Position numbers and translations under genes: made by a program. Source: Azolla caroliniana (taxonomy: Eukaryota; Plantae; Polypodiophyta). From it: DNA of 64,000 nucleotides. Location of the stretch: the NCBI GenBank assembly GCA_043228905.1, contig JBHGNT010000005.1, positions 10,912,001-10,976,000 of the forward strand. Direction: 5' to 3'. Position 1 is the first letter of the stretch. Each line of letters starts with the position of its first letter. The notes below the pieces were generated by a model. It searched no databases and was not told the DNA's origin. It worked only from the letters and a program-made list of their open reading frames with translations. This document shows positions 27,952 to 40,400 of this stretch, piece after piece.

Positions 27952-28314
27952 ACAGTTTGAACCAATTTAGGTTTGGGATGAGTGGTAGATCCCAATTTAT
28001 AAGTAATAGAGAACACTCTAGAATATTCTAGGTTATCCTAGAATGTAGAGTAATCTAGAAGATCTCTAGAGTATTCTAGAAGGTTATAGTGTATAGAACA
28101 CTCTAGAATATTCTAGGTCATTCTAGAATGTAGAGTAATATAGAATATTCCTATGATATTAGATTTCATATTCTAAAAATTATATATACAAGAATATTAA
28201 TACAATGGCTAAAGATTTGACATGTGTATAGTAAGGTCGTGGGTTCAAATCCTTTCGAGGCATAATGTGAGTGTCATGATCCTTTTGATGCATGATGTGA
28301 GTGTTATCATGACA
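25221..28314 (-). mobile_element. G2: Tcn1/Tf1-like chromovirus fragment (partial 5' LTR, gag deleted, PR-RT-RH-partial INT)
   Basis: LTR part 27906-28314 begins TGTCATGA on the - strand. pol motifs: LLDSGANSCF, PPWGPIYNLS, YLDD, CHDSPMAGHFG, WKSISLDFITDLP. Same group as G4. Confidence 0.9.
28198..28252 (+). promoter_or_regulatory. tRNA-like Pol III A-box/B-box cassette inside the G2 LTR
   Basis: A-box-like TAATACAATGG at 28198, then AGGTCGTG, then B-box GGTTCAAATCC at 28242. U8-to-G53 spacing is 45 nt, as in tRNA. Confidence 0.7.
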
Positions 28315-30762
28315 CCCACCTCACCCAACGACTCAATTTGAGCACGGGGAATCAAGCAACTTGGCTCCAGTTACCTGATGCTTTAACCATAATCAACCGA
28401 GCATTATGCCACCCATTGTCTAGCCAATGATTGCGACAAAGGACCTATCGTTAATATCATCACGACCGAAATCCAACAAGTCACAACAACAAGAAAGTCC
28501 CAACACATGCAATGGGAAGTCTAGGATGAAGTCCGGTAAGACGCAAAGGAATGGATCGAGAAAGCAAATAACGCAAATGTCGACCGCATGCATATCGAGA
28601 TGAAAGATATCACGGTTGGTACATCGACCTCCTCACAACCCTCCGAGTCGCTGGATGATGACCCCATTTGGCAGGCACTCACCAACTGCCAGATATCAAT
28701 ACCCTTAAATAAGCTCTTGCAACTACTTCCACGGTTCAAGGACATAGTGGCATCCTTAACTACCAGGAAATAGCAGACAACTATGCCTGTGCACATTGCC
28801 GAGCCGAGGGAGGGCCCATCACTAATAGACTCCCAGAAACCGGTTATAAAGATCATTATTAAAGGGCGGGGTGTTCCCATTTGCATTATCGATGGGGGAT
28901 CTAGGGTCAATGTCATTAGCGAAACCACATGTCGTGATCTCGGCATCACCCAATGGGAGTCATGCCCGTTTTGGCTCTGTATGGCGAATACATGATATGT
29001 CTGGCCATTGGGTTTACTTCGACACCTTGACTTTATTTGGGGTGACCACACCTTCATGATTTCAGTGGTGGTGTTACGCCTTGATGCTCCTGGAGCTTAC
29101 TTGATGCTGCTAGGTCGTCCTTGGTTACGCACGGCCAACATTAAGCAGCATTGGCAGCGCAATATGATCTCATTCCGACACGGGAAAACCAAGGTCCGTG
29201 TCATCACGGAGGAGCGAATCTATATTCCACAAGACATCACTTCGTTATATGCGGAAGGAGTACACATGCTCGAGGGACTCGCCAATGAGGAGGTCGATCA
29301 CTTCCTGGAGGAACACCCAACGATTGTTTCATTGTTCGATATCCATGTCGTAACAACTTTAGCCCCTATGTTTCTGAGCCAGCCAAGGAGGAGAGAGACA
29401 TCGACCTAGGACCCGATCCAACATCGGTCGAAGAATTACGGTATGCATGTGAAGCACTCGAACATGAGTTGGCCATCTCTCAATGGGTGAAAACATCAAC
29501 ATTAGATGAGATTAATCTCGGCACAACCACGGATCCACGAACACTAAAAATAGCAAAAGAACTGGCTCCCGATGAACGCTCGGCATTGGAGGGGTTGCTC
29601 ACGGAATACCACTATATTTTTGCATGGTCGTACAATAGCATGAAGGGGTTAGACCCGTGACCCACAATACTATAACCACCAGATCCACCTACAACAGGAT
29701 GCATGACTTGTACAACAACGTTGCTATAGAATGAATCCCAATAATGCGGCAAAAGGAAAGGAGGAAATCGACAAACTCCTCAGGGTGGGGTTCATTCGGC
29801 CAGTAAAAAGGGCAACATGGTTAAGCCCTATTGTGGTAGTCCCAAAGAAAAATGGACAACTCAGGGTTTGCATCGACTACTGGAAACTGAACGTCGTGAC
29901 CATCACCGGCGTATTCCCTTTGCCGTTTACAAATGGTGTGCTCAACGCAGTGGTAGGGCATGAGTCTTATAGCTTTTTGGATGGATTCAACGGTTACAAG
30001 AGGAAACAACATTCGTAACAAAATGGGGTGTTTTTGTGGCAGTCGTAATGATGTTCGGATTGAAGACGGCACTGGCCACCTTCCAATGTATAATCGTCAA
30101 CATTTTCGACGACTACATGCTGGCCTTCAAGCAAGTCTTTCTCGACAATTTTGCCATCTATGACCGATAAACACAACATCTTGAACAGTTACGCCTCTCC
30201 CTCAATTGTTGGCAACAAGCTCGGCTAAGTTTAAACCCTGCGAAATATGCATTTTTTGTCTCTAGTGGCACGTTGTCAGGGCACATTGTCAGCCGCGAAG
30301 GGATCGCTATGGACCTCGACAAAGTTCAGGCTATCGTGAACCCCCCGGCTCTGACTACAACAAAAGCCCTCAGTCGATTTTGGGGGAAAATAAGGTGGCA
30401 CAACCGGCATGATATACAACATCACAAAGTTTCAGCACTATTTTCTCGGCCAAAAATTTACATTCCACGTCAATCACTAACCGGCCGATTGGCACAATGG
30501 ATGCTGCTTTTACAAGAATTCGAATTTGATATACACCATCAGCCAGGGGTACAACACGTGGTCGTAGACTATCTGAGTCAGCTCGAATCAAGGGAACCAA
30601 CTGAGACCATATATGACGATCTTCCTTACACAAACATTTTCGGTATTGACCCTGCCACCCAACCGACCGAACCCGAGGATGGGTGGATAAACAAAATGGT
30701 TCATTTCCTAAGCATGGGACTTCCACCCGAACACTTGCCCCTTGATGCTAAGAAGTGGTTAG

Positions 30763-31039
30763 TGTTAGGAAACAGATCCCTCCGGATGGGATGTGGAGTA
30801 CCCGGCAACGGAAGACCTGGTGAGAACCGGATGACGAGTGCCCGGCAAGAGCCGGATGATGCAGGCCTGGTGAGGAGTGCTCACCGGATGAAGGGACATA
30901 TTCGTAAATATGTTCCTGAGAGTCCATTGGGACTATATTTGTAAATGGCTGAAAAGTCATATTAGTATAAATATGACTTAGGGCAAACTTAGTGTTGTGG
31001 TTGTCATTCTTGTTGGTGCAAGATTTGTGTGCAACCGTG

Positions 31040-31086
<47 letters not shown>

Positions 31087-34000
31087 AGCGGACGTTGTCT
31101 CTGTTATAACCGACGCCTATGGCGAAGACAGTGAACAGAGGTCATTGCCTCTGTGCTCATCTATTGTATATTGTAGCATAGTGATAGTTTGCAGTCCGTG
31201 GACTGCCGTGGTTTTTCCTGTGTTTGGGTTTTCCATGTAAACATCCTATGTACTCTTCTCTTCACTGTGTCGTGCGTGCATTATCCGTTTTCTGTGTTTG
31301 ATCCTAGACTCGGTTGTGGCCGAGCGTTGTTTTACGGAGCGCGTATTTCTTTACAAAGTGGTATCAGAGCGAAACGACACAAAAAAAAATGGACGATTCG
31401 TTGGGAGGCATGTTCAAGCTCACCGGCTCCAATTACTCCATGTGGAAGTTGAAGATGAGGGACATGCTCGTGGTCAAAGATCTTTGGTTGCCGGTTCAGT
31501 TCGGGGACAAGAGACTAGACAAAATCGATGCCACGATATGGGAAGTGATGCACATGAAGACAACAGTGTACATATGGTGCTTCATCGACATGAGTCTATA
31601 CAACAACTTCAATGAAGAGAGCAAGGCTCATGAGCTTTGGGAGAAGATCGGCATTATGTTTCAGAACAAAAATGCTGTTAATCAGGACCGGAGAGGAAAG
31701 TTAGATCCGAAGACCTGGCCATGCATATTCCTCGGTTACGACGACGATGAGTTCGGCTACCGAGTGTGGGACCCGGTCGACAAGAAGGTATTCCAGAGTC
31801 GAGATATTATCTTCATGGAGGACAAGACGCTCGCCGACTGGGAGTCGGAGAAGAAGATAATGAACTCTTAGTCGACCGGTAAGGATCGATTCTATGATGA
31901 TCAGACCCAACCGGCAAGAGACCGGTTTGCACTCGATGAACCAGCTGGTTACGGTGAGGATATTGAACCGGCAGAAGAAGAAGGAATAGCTGAAACCGGA
32001 ACTGGCCAAGACCTCGAATCGGATTTGGATGAAGAACAAATAGAGGAGCTGGTTGTCGAAGGCCAAAGACAGAGATATCCTCTTAGAGAGAGAAGGGCCC
32101 CCCGGAGATTTCCGGATGCAGAGCATGTGCTGCTGACCGATGAGGGGGAGCCAGAAAGCTTCGAAGAAGCGAAGGATGACACCTGGTTAAGTGCCATGCA
32201 GGATGAGATGGATTCCCTACATGAGAACCATACGTACAAATTGGTGGAGTTGCCGAAAGGAAAGCGGGCACTTCGAAACAAGTGGGTGTACAAGTTGAAA
32301 CCGGGAGATGCCGGCAACCCCTCGAGATACAAAGCCAGGATCGTGGTGAAGGGGTTCCAGCAGAAGAAGGGCATGGACTTCGACGAGATATTTGCCCCGG
32401 TAGTAAAGATGACCTCCATTCGGACGGTGCTGAGTATAGCAGCAAGCATGGACCTCGAGGTAGAGCAGCTGGACGTGAAGACGACATTCCTTCACGGTGA
32501 TCTCAAAGAGGAGATCTACATGCAGCAACCGGAAGGATTCGTGGAGAAAGGGAAGGAGCACCTAGTTTGCCGGTTGAAGAAGAGCCTGTACGGACTGAAG
32601 CAGGCTCCCCGACAATGGTACCGGAAGTTCGACTCCTTCATGACCGATCAAGGGTAACCACAAGACACAGGCCGATCACTGCGTGTTTGTGAAGAAGTTC
32701 GAAGGAGGCGACTTCCTGATACTCTTTCTGTACGTGGACGACATGTTGATTGTCGGACGGGACCAAGCCAAAATATGGATGTTGAAGAAGGCTCTGAACC
32801 GGACCTTCTCAATGAAAGACTTGGGTCCGGCAAGACAGATGCTGGGGATGCATATTATCCGGGACCGGTCAACGAAGCAATTGTGGCTGTCATAGGAGAA
32901 GTACGTGACAAAGGTGCTTCACCGGTTCAACATGTCAGATGCGAAACCGGTCGGATCGACACTTCCGGCAAACTGCAGGTTATCCGGTAAGCAAAGCTCG
33001 AAGACGAAAGTAAAGAAGGCGTATATGATGAAGGTTCCATATGCCTCTACCGTCGGGAGCTTAATGTACGCAATGGTGTGTACTCAACCAAATATTGGAT
33101 ATGCAGTCGGAGTGGTGAGCCGGTTCATGAGCAATCCCGGCAAGGAGCACTGCAACGCGGTCAAATATTATGGAGCCGGCAAGGAAATATTATGGATGAA
33201 GGACTTCATCGAAGAGCTCGATATCCAGCAAGATGAATACCGACTCTATTGCGACAGTCAAAGTGCCATCCACCTTGCTAAGAACACATCGTACCATTAC
33301 AAGACAAAGCATATCCAGCGTAGGTATCATTGGATCCGGGAGCGAGTAGAAGATCGAGAGTTTGCGCTGACGAATATCCATATGGACGAGAACGGGTAAG
33401 ATATGTTGACCAAAGTGCTGATACCCGACAAGCTGGATGCATGTTGGAAGCGGATTAGACAAGTAAGACATCCCATGCCGGAGTGAAGGGGGAGTTTGTT
33501 AGGAAACAGATCCCTCCGGATGGGATGTGGAGTACCCGACAACGGAAGACCCGGTGAGAACCGGATGTGGAGTACTTGGCAACGGAAGACCCGGTGAGAA
33601 CCGGATGACGAGTGCCCGGCAAGAGCCGGATGATGCAGGCCCGATGAGGAGTGCTCACCGGATGAAGGGACATATTCGTAAATATGTTCCTGAGAGTCCA
33701 TTGGGACTATATTTGTAAATGGCCGAAAAGTCATATTAGTATAAATATGACTTAGGGCAAACTTAGTGCTGTGGTTGTCATTCTTGTTGGTGCAAGATTT
33801 GTGTGCAACCGTGTACAGAGAGAGAGAGAGAGAGAGAGAGATGAAGCGGACGTTGTCTCTGTTGTAACCGCCGCCTATGGCGAAGACAGTGAACAGAGGT
33901 CATTGCCTCTGTGCTCATCTATTGTATATTGTAGCATAGTGATAGTTTGCAGTCCGTGGACTGCCGTGGTTTTTCCTGTGTTTGGGTTTTCCACGTAAAC

Positions 34001-34113
34001 ATCCTATGTACTCTTCTCTTCACTGTGTCGTGCGTGCATTATCTGTTTTCTGTGTTTGATCCTAGACTCGGTTGTGGCCGAGCGTTGTTTTACGGAGCGC
34101 GTATTTCTTTACA
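30763..34113 (+). mobile_element. C1: Ty1/copia (Tnt1/Tork-like), internally deleted, with both LTRs
   Basis: LTRs 30763-31355 and 33497-34113 (TG...CA). TSD GTTAG. PBS TGGTATCAGAGC at 31359. PPT gaagggggag. The gag N-terminus is fused to the INT C-terminus near 31683. RT YVDD. RNase H partly deleted near 33165. Confidence 0.95.
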
Positions 34114-35799
34114 GTTAGTAGTCCGACGCCAAAATTTTTGCCTCTTCGCGGATACACTTTACCACAAGGGCTCGGACGACATCTAGCGACGAGCAGTGTG
34201 ATAGTTCGAAAAGGATGATATCCTCTGAGAAGCACATTATGGGATAGCCGGGGCACTACGCCGGACATGCCACAACTTGGAAAATTTGGCAGAGCGGCTT
34301 ATGGTGGCCAACAACTCAAAAAAGACGCCCATGAATTTTGTCGGCAATGCCATTTATGCCAACGCATGGGCCAATCACCGAGCAAGCCCGATTGCCTCAC
34401 GAACCGATTCTTCTGGTAGTGGCTTTCCAGAAGTGGGGCCTGGATTTCGTCGGCCCATTTAAATCGGCCTCGACTCGCAAAGGAAATAAATATATTATAG
34501 TCGCGACTGATTATTGCACCAAATGGGTCGAAGTGAAGACGCTTCATGACAACACGGCCATGTCCACCAAGAAATTCGTTTATGAATACTTATGGTGCTG
34601 ATTCGGTTGCTCGATGAAGGTCGTCAGTGACCAAGGAGTTCATTTCCTTAATCGACTTATTCGAGATCTCATGACACACTATGCGGTGGTTTATAAGAAA
34701 AGCACGCCATACTATCCACAAGCAAATGGCCTGGCCGAGTCAACAAATTTGACTCTGTAGAACATTCTCAAGACAATCGTGAACGGACATTGAATTGATT
34801 GGGATGATAAGCTACACAGTGCACTCTGGGCGTATCACATGACATTCAAAACAAGTATCAAATCGACACCATTTTGTCTGGCTTTCCGTTTGGAAGCAGT
34901 CATGCCTATAGAATTCCAAGTACCAAGTCTATGAGTAAAAATTACCAAATGGCTTCCTGAGTTTGAGTCAGAGTAGGAATGACTTAAACAATTACTAGAA
35001 CTTAGAGAACATCGGATCGCAAGTTAGACCAAATTAGAACATGGTCAGCGACAACGGAAAGCGTTTGTTAACCGCCATCAGAAAGGCTCGGAGAAATCAT
35101 TTGTAACCAGGAAACTGGTCCTAGTTTTTCAAACTCGGCTCGGCTTGATGCTAGGGAAGCTTTGTTTCCAGTGGACAAAGCCTTTTTGGATCATTAAAAA
35201 ATTTAATGGGACATTCCAGCTCGGGACACTAGCTAGTGACATCATGCCAAATTGGGTCAATGGGTTTCGGTTAAAACCATATCTCGGCTAGACCCCACCT
35301 AAACCTTTCACCAGTAAGCAACACGGCCACGATTGGACCACGGTAGGTAAGACAAAGGATCTCGGGAGGGGGGGGGGGGTGGGGAATCGCCTCAATCACG
35401 GTAATTACTGTACCTACCTCGAAGTTGTATACTATGTGAAAAAAAAGAAAAAAAGAAAAAAAGAAAAAAAAGAGACCCACTAAGTATTTAAGGAGCATGC
35501 ATGACATATGAGAAAAGCAAGTACAAACGGTTTCAAACACATGGTCTTTAAACCTTATTATGGTAGGCAAGTTTCTGAATCTAGGGCATAAGGCCACATC
35601 TCAAGAACCAAGGCAAATATATAAAGCAGGGAACCAGAGGCATAACACTCACACATGCACAGAAGCACATAACCTTCAAGTGTTCTCGCTCTCTCGCTCT
35701 CGCACCCCCGACTCAAAGCTTTCTCGCTCTCTCCCTCTCGCACCCCCTGCTCAGAAGTTTCCAAGCTCTCTCACATCCCTTCTCACTCTTCATCTCTCG

Positions 35800-37440
35800 A
35801 GCCAACCATACCACTCAAAGTTTCAAAAGAGCTCCGCACCTGGTTAAACAGACACGACCTAGGCACAAGAAATCAGACACCGCTTGCATCCTAACACCAT
35901 CACCAATGTCCAGATCCAGTCTATGCCAGGCCTGTTGCGAGGCGGGGAACATGACATTGAGGCTCTGCCTCAAAATGTCCTTGAAGCGTATTTCAAGAAT
36001 ACTCAGTGTCGGCAAAGGCATAATGGTGGCCCTAACAAGTTCTTTAGCGATCTCGCCATATTTCTTTTGGAGTTTGGGTGCGTACACGCTAACGTGTACA
36101 ACATGTCGTAGAAAAAGGTGGGAATAATCATCACCGCCTACAGAGGCGGTGCACTTGATTGGAGAATCATCACAGGGGAAGGAGTTCGTGCCAGCTTGTC
36201 GGTTTTTCAGATAGGGAAACGGTTCTTGCCTGCCTTAGCACACTACTTATTTGTGCTTTTTAGCCCGAACTCAAGGGGGCTCTTTAGCCCGAACTGGCAA
36301 CTAGTTGTTGCTCCCGAAAAGACTGTCATAGTTGTCACGGACAAGACCTTGTCCTTAACAGGAAATATAGAGCAAGGGCAACCTTCCTAGTTCTCAGAGA
36401 AAGAAGTGCTGACCTTTAGGGACATGCTCGCTGAGTCCTATGAGCTTGGCGTGATCTTATAGCATGCCACGACGTACGAGCTAATCGACTTGCTCGCTCG
36501 TCTTCAGGTTGCCGCAATAGCACGCATGGCCGAGGAACATGTAGAGCAACAGATGGTCTAGTGGGCGCTAACCAATGAGCTTGAATAAGATGAGGAGCCA
36601 CAGCTGCAGAAAATCGGCCGGAAGCGGGTAACCAAAACCCACTGTGCAAGAATTGAGCTACATGACCTCAATATGGCCTTGGTCAAAGTCTACCGAGAAC
36701 TAGAAAAGCGAACCCGCGCAACTAAAGATATGGCGGTCAGTAGCCAACATGCACACAAACATGCCAAGACGGCCATGGAACTGTGGCAGGCTTTGGAAAG
36801 CCAAAGAGACGAGCTTGAGCAACGACTCAACGAAAGAGAGCAAGAAAATTCTCTAGCTCTTCGACCACTTGCTCCCAACCATGTGAATATGTCCACACAA
36901 ATTAAAGACACAACCGAATCGGTGCCGACCACCGAAACGACCAAGGTATCTCTGCCCAACTACGAAGAGGACCTTGCGGCCAAATCGATGATTGGCGAGA
37001 AAGCAAAACAATGCTATGAAGCGGGTAAAGTAGAAGCCGATCAAATACGGGAGTAGGCAGGAAAATGCGAAGCCGAACTCCAAGAAGGGCTCGACGCACA
37101 AACAGCCAAGCTCTGAGAAACTAAAGAAAATGTCACGTTGGCTATTCGGGCAGCTAATGAGGCTCCTGCGGCTAAACTACATGACATTGAGGAAGGTTAC
37201 TGATGGGCTACGGCCATTACAAATGACCAACTCCTCAGTCTCCAAAACGAGCACACGAAACTCCAAGAGAGTTTCGGCCGACAACATGAAATGTTGGAAG
37301 AAGCGGTGCAGGACAAATATACATTGTCGGAGTCCCTCCACTAGCTACAAATATCTGTGGCACAAGACCAGGAATGCGAGCAAGAACGATATCTCCAAGA
37401 GCTAGTCGCAAATTCAGATCGGCTCCTCCGACGCATTAAA
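35800..37440 (+). pseudogene. G3 extra 3' ORF, homolog of G1 extra ORF1
   Basis: TITNVQIQSMPGLLRGG...YF and FSDLAIFLLEFG...GIIITAYRGGALDWRIITGEG align with G1 VITDEAIRALTGLPEGG...YF and FREIARVLHEYG...GMIIATYEGIKVDWPTLIADG. Coiled-coil C-terminal half. Confidence 0.75.
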
Positions 37441-37484
37441 CTATGCATTGTAATTCAAAAGAAATAATTTTCATTCATTACTTT

Positions 37485-40400
37485 TGTAAAAAGTAACGTG
37501 CGGAAGCAAGTATGAAGACCGAACAGAAGGAAGAAAACTCAAGTTTAATGGAGAGTTTGGGCTTACGCAGTATACGCAGGAGAGACAGAGAGAGTGAGAG
37601 AGAGAAAATACAAGAACTATATTCCACAAAAAATCTCAATTCACTACTCTATACATATGTGTGTTCCATGAACACTTTTATACAAGTCCTCGAAGGACTG
37701 ACCAAAGTACTGAACGTACTTCAATGCTCTTTAAGAGCTCCTACACTAACTCCCAAATATATTCCTCACAGAATATCTTTCCTAATGGCCTCCCGGTTTA
37801 CGCACTCGGCCTAACCGATCGGTCCCAAACGATCCGGTCCTCGGCTTCTTCAGCCGATCCGGTTGATGTTGAGCTTGTCTCTCAACACTCCCCCTCAAGC
37901 TGAACTCGAGGCTCTTCGGGATCCTCGGGCTCACAGCTCCGGTTCCTCCTGGCTTCACGCCTCGCTCGCGCTCCTCAACCTGTTCGACTCCGCGCGCTTC
38001 GACCCTTCCAGTCGGCTTGTCTGCTCATGCGGCCCTTATAAGCTCTTCTGCTGTTGCGGTGTTGACGCTTCTCCTGCTGCCTTTTCTTTTGCTTGGGCCT
38101 CGGTTGATTCAACGTATCTGAATCAAACATCCGAACCGACTTGGCTACCTCTGATCGGTTTTCGCTCCCGTCCGAGTTGGCTGTCTCCAACTCGTCTTCG
38201 GACTTCTCGCCCTTGGTGGCGTCATCTTCCCCATGCGTGGTTGGCTTCGGCTCTCTCCTTCGGCTGCTCCCCTTCGGCTGCTCCGCTTCTGTTCGCTTTG
38301 GGACTTTTCCGCGGGTCCGCCCTCGGCTTCTTCAGCTGATCCGAAGTCGAACTCGACAACCGAGTCAACAACCGAGTCAACCGACTCGGTGTCGCGGCCT
38401 CCGCTCCTTTCCTGCTGCTTTGCTTGGTCGTTCGGGACTGTTCTCCCCCTCAAGTTTGGCACGTCGAGGTGACGCAATCCGAGCGCACCGGAGAATTGCC
38501 GCAACTTGTCCAGACCAAGGGGCTTAGTGAAGATGTCGGCAGTCTGCCGATCCGTCGGAACGTACTGAAGTTTGACTTCACCGGAAAGGACACGCTCACG
38601 GACGAAATGGTAGTGCACCTGAATGTGCTTGGTCCGTGCGTGGAAAACGGGGTTTTTCGCAAGCTGGATGCTGCTGAGGTTGTCGCAGTAGATCGTCATC
38701 GGATCTGACACCTCCTCTTGCAGGTCCTTAAGTAGCCGCTTCAACCATATGGCTTCGCATGTCGCGACAACCGCTCCTCGGTACTCAGCTTCGGTGCTCG
38801 ACAGTGCAATTGTCGGCTGCTTCTTACTGCTCCACGCGGGAGAACGCGTATCCGGACGTGGATCGGCGATCGGCGGCGTTGCCAGCCCAATCAACATCTG
38901 TGTAGCCGACTAATTGCGCGGCTGCACCGGTCCGATATAGCAGTCCCCGCTCGTTAGTGCCGTTGACATACCGAAGTATGTGTTGGGAGACAGGTCCCTC
39001 CGAATGGGAAGGGAGAAGAACAGTGCCGAAACGGTATGAGTACCCGGCTACGGAGGGAGCCGGATGGTGTAGGCCCGGTGAGAACCGGATGAGGAGCACC
39101 CGGCTACGGAGAGCCGGATGATACAGACCCGGTGAAGACCGGATGAGGAGTACCCGGCTACGGAGAGCTGGATGGTGCAGGCCCGGTGAGAACCGGATGA
39201 GGAGCACCCGGCTATGGAGAGCCGGATGATACAGACCCGGTGAAGACCGGATGAGGAGTACCTGGCTATGGAGAGCCGGATGGTGCAGGCCCGGTGAGAA
39301 CCGGATGAAGAGAAATATTCTTAAATATGTTTCTGAGAGCCCATCGAGGCTACATTTGTAAATAGCCGAAAAGTCATATTAGTATAAATATGACTTAGGG
39401 CAAACTTTTTTTGTTACTGTTGTTGTGGTTATTTTCTTGTAGGTGCAAGAAGAAGAGAGAGCGTGTAACTGTACAGAGAGAGAGAGAGAGAACGAGGTAA
39501 CTGCCTCTGTTGTAACCGCCGCCTGTGGCGAAGATAGTGAGCACGAGGTCGTTGCCTCCGTGAACTCACTGTTTGTACATTCTTACATAGTGACAGTTTG
39601 CAGCCTGTGGGCTGCCGTGGTTTTTCCCCTAGTTTGGGGTTTTCCACGTAAACCTCCTGTGTATTGTCTGTATCTTCTCTTACTTCGTGTCGTGCATTTG
39701 TTTCCCGTTGTCTGCGTATGAAAGGAAGCTCGGTTGTGGCCGAGCGTTGGACATAAGGAGCGTTGAGTTCCCGTCAGTATGCGTTGCGCACACTGAAGGT
39801 GTTCCTCGGTAGGTCGCACCATGAACTGACTGATCACTCCGACCGGATAACTGAGGTCGGGTCGGGTGATGGTCAAGTATATAAGGCTTCCGACAATTTA
39901 TCGGAACCTCGTCGGGTCGCATACCTTTCCCGTATCGGGACGAAGCTTGACGGTTCTGTCCAGAGGAGTCGAGACTAACTTACAGTTGGCCATCCCGAAT
40001 TTGAAGAGCATACTCAGCATGTAGTGATGTTGGCTGATCAATATGCCTTCGGGGGTACAGATCACTTCGATCCCGAGGAAGTAATGAAGGTCCCCCAGAT
40101 CCTTCATGTCGAACGATGCCGCAAGCTGGAGCTTCACGTGGTCGATTTCACATAGGTCGGCGCCGGTGATGACCAAGTCATCAACATATAGTAAAATACT
40201 AACCGGTCCGAGTCGACCTTTCCAGATGAACAGGGAAGAGTCCGATTTTGACGTGAAGAAGCCCATCCGACGCAGTTGTTGCGTGATCTTCGCGTTCCAG
40301 GCACGCGGGGTTTGCTTCAGTTTGTAAAGGGACTTCTTTAGTCGGCATACTGCCGAGGAGTTCGTTCCAGAATGAAATCCGGGGGGTTGTACCATGTACA

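Larger units (their letters stand above)
28315..37484 (+). mobile_element. G3: older G1-related gypsy remnant (gag end, PR, RT, INT, extra ORF), interrupted by C1; no LTRs left
   Basis: IIDGGSRVNVI, LGRPWL, WLSPIVVVPKKNG, WGLDFVGPF, YCTKWVE and STPYYPQANG are colinear with G1. Deletions in RT (~29998) and RNase H (~30404). Confidence 0.9.

Noticed and set aside
39040-39310. Hammerhead ribozyme/retrozyme in the LTR repeats
   Set aside because: CGGATGA only resembles CTGATGA, and no GAAA core follows a stem II.
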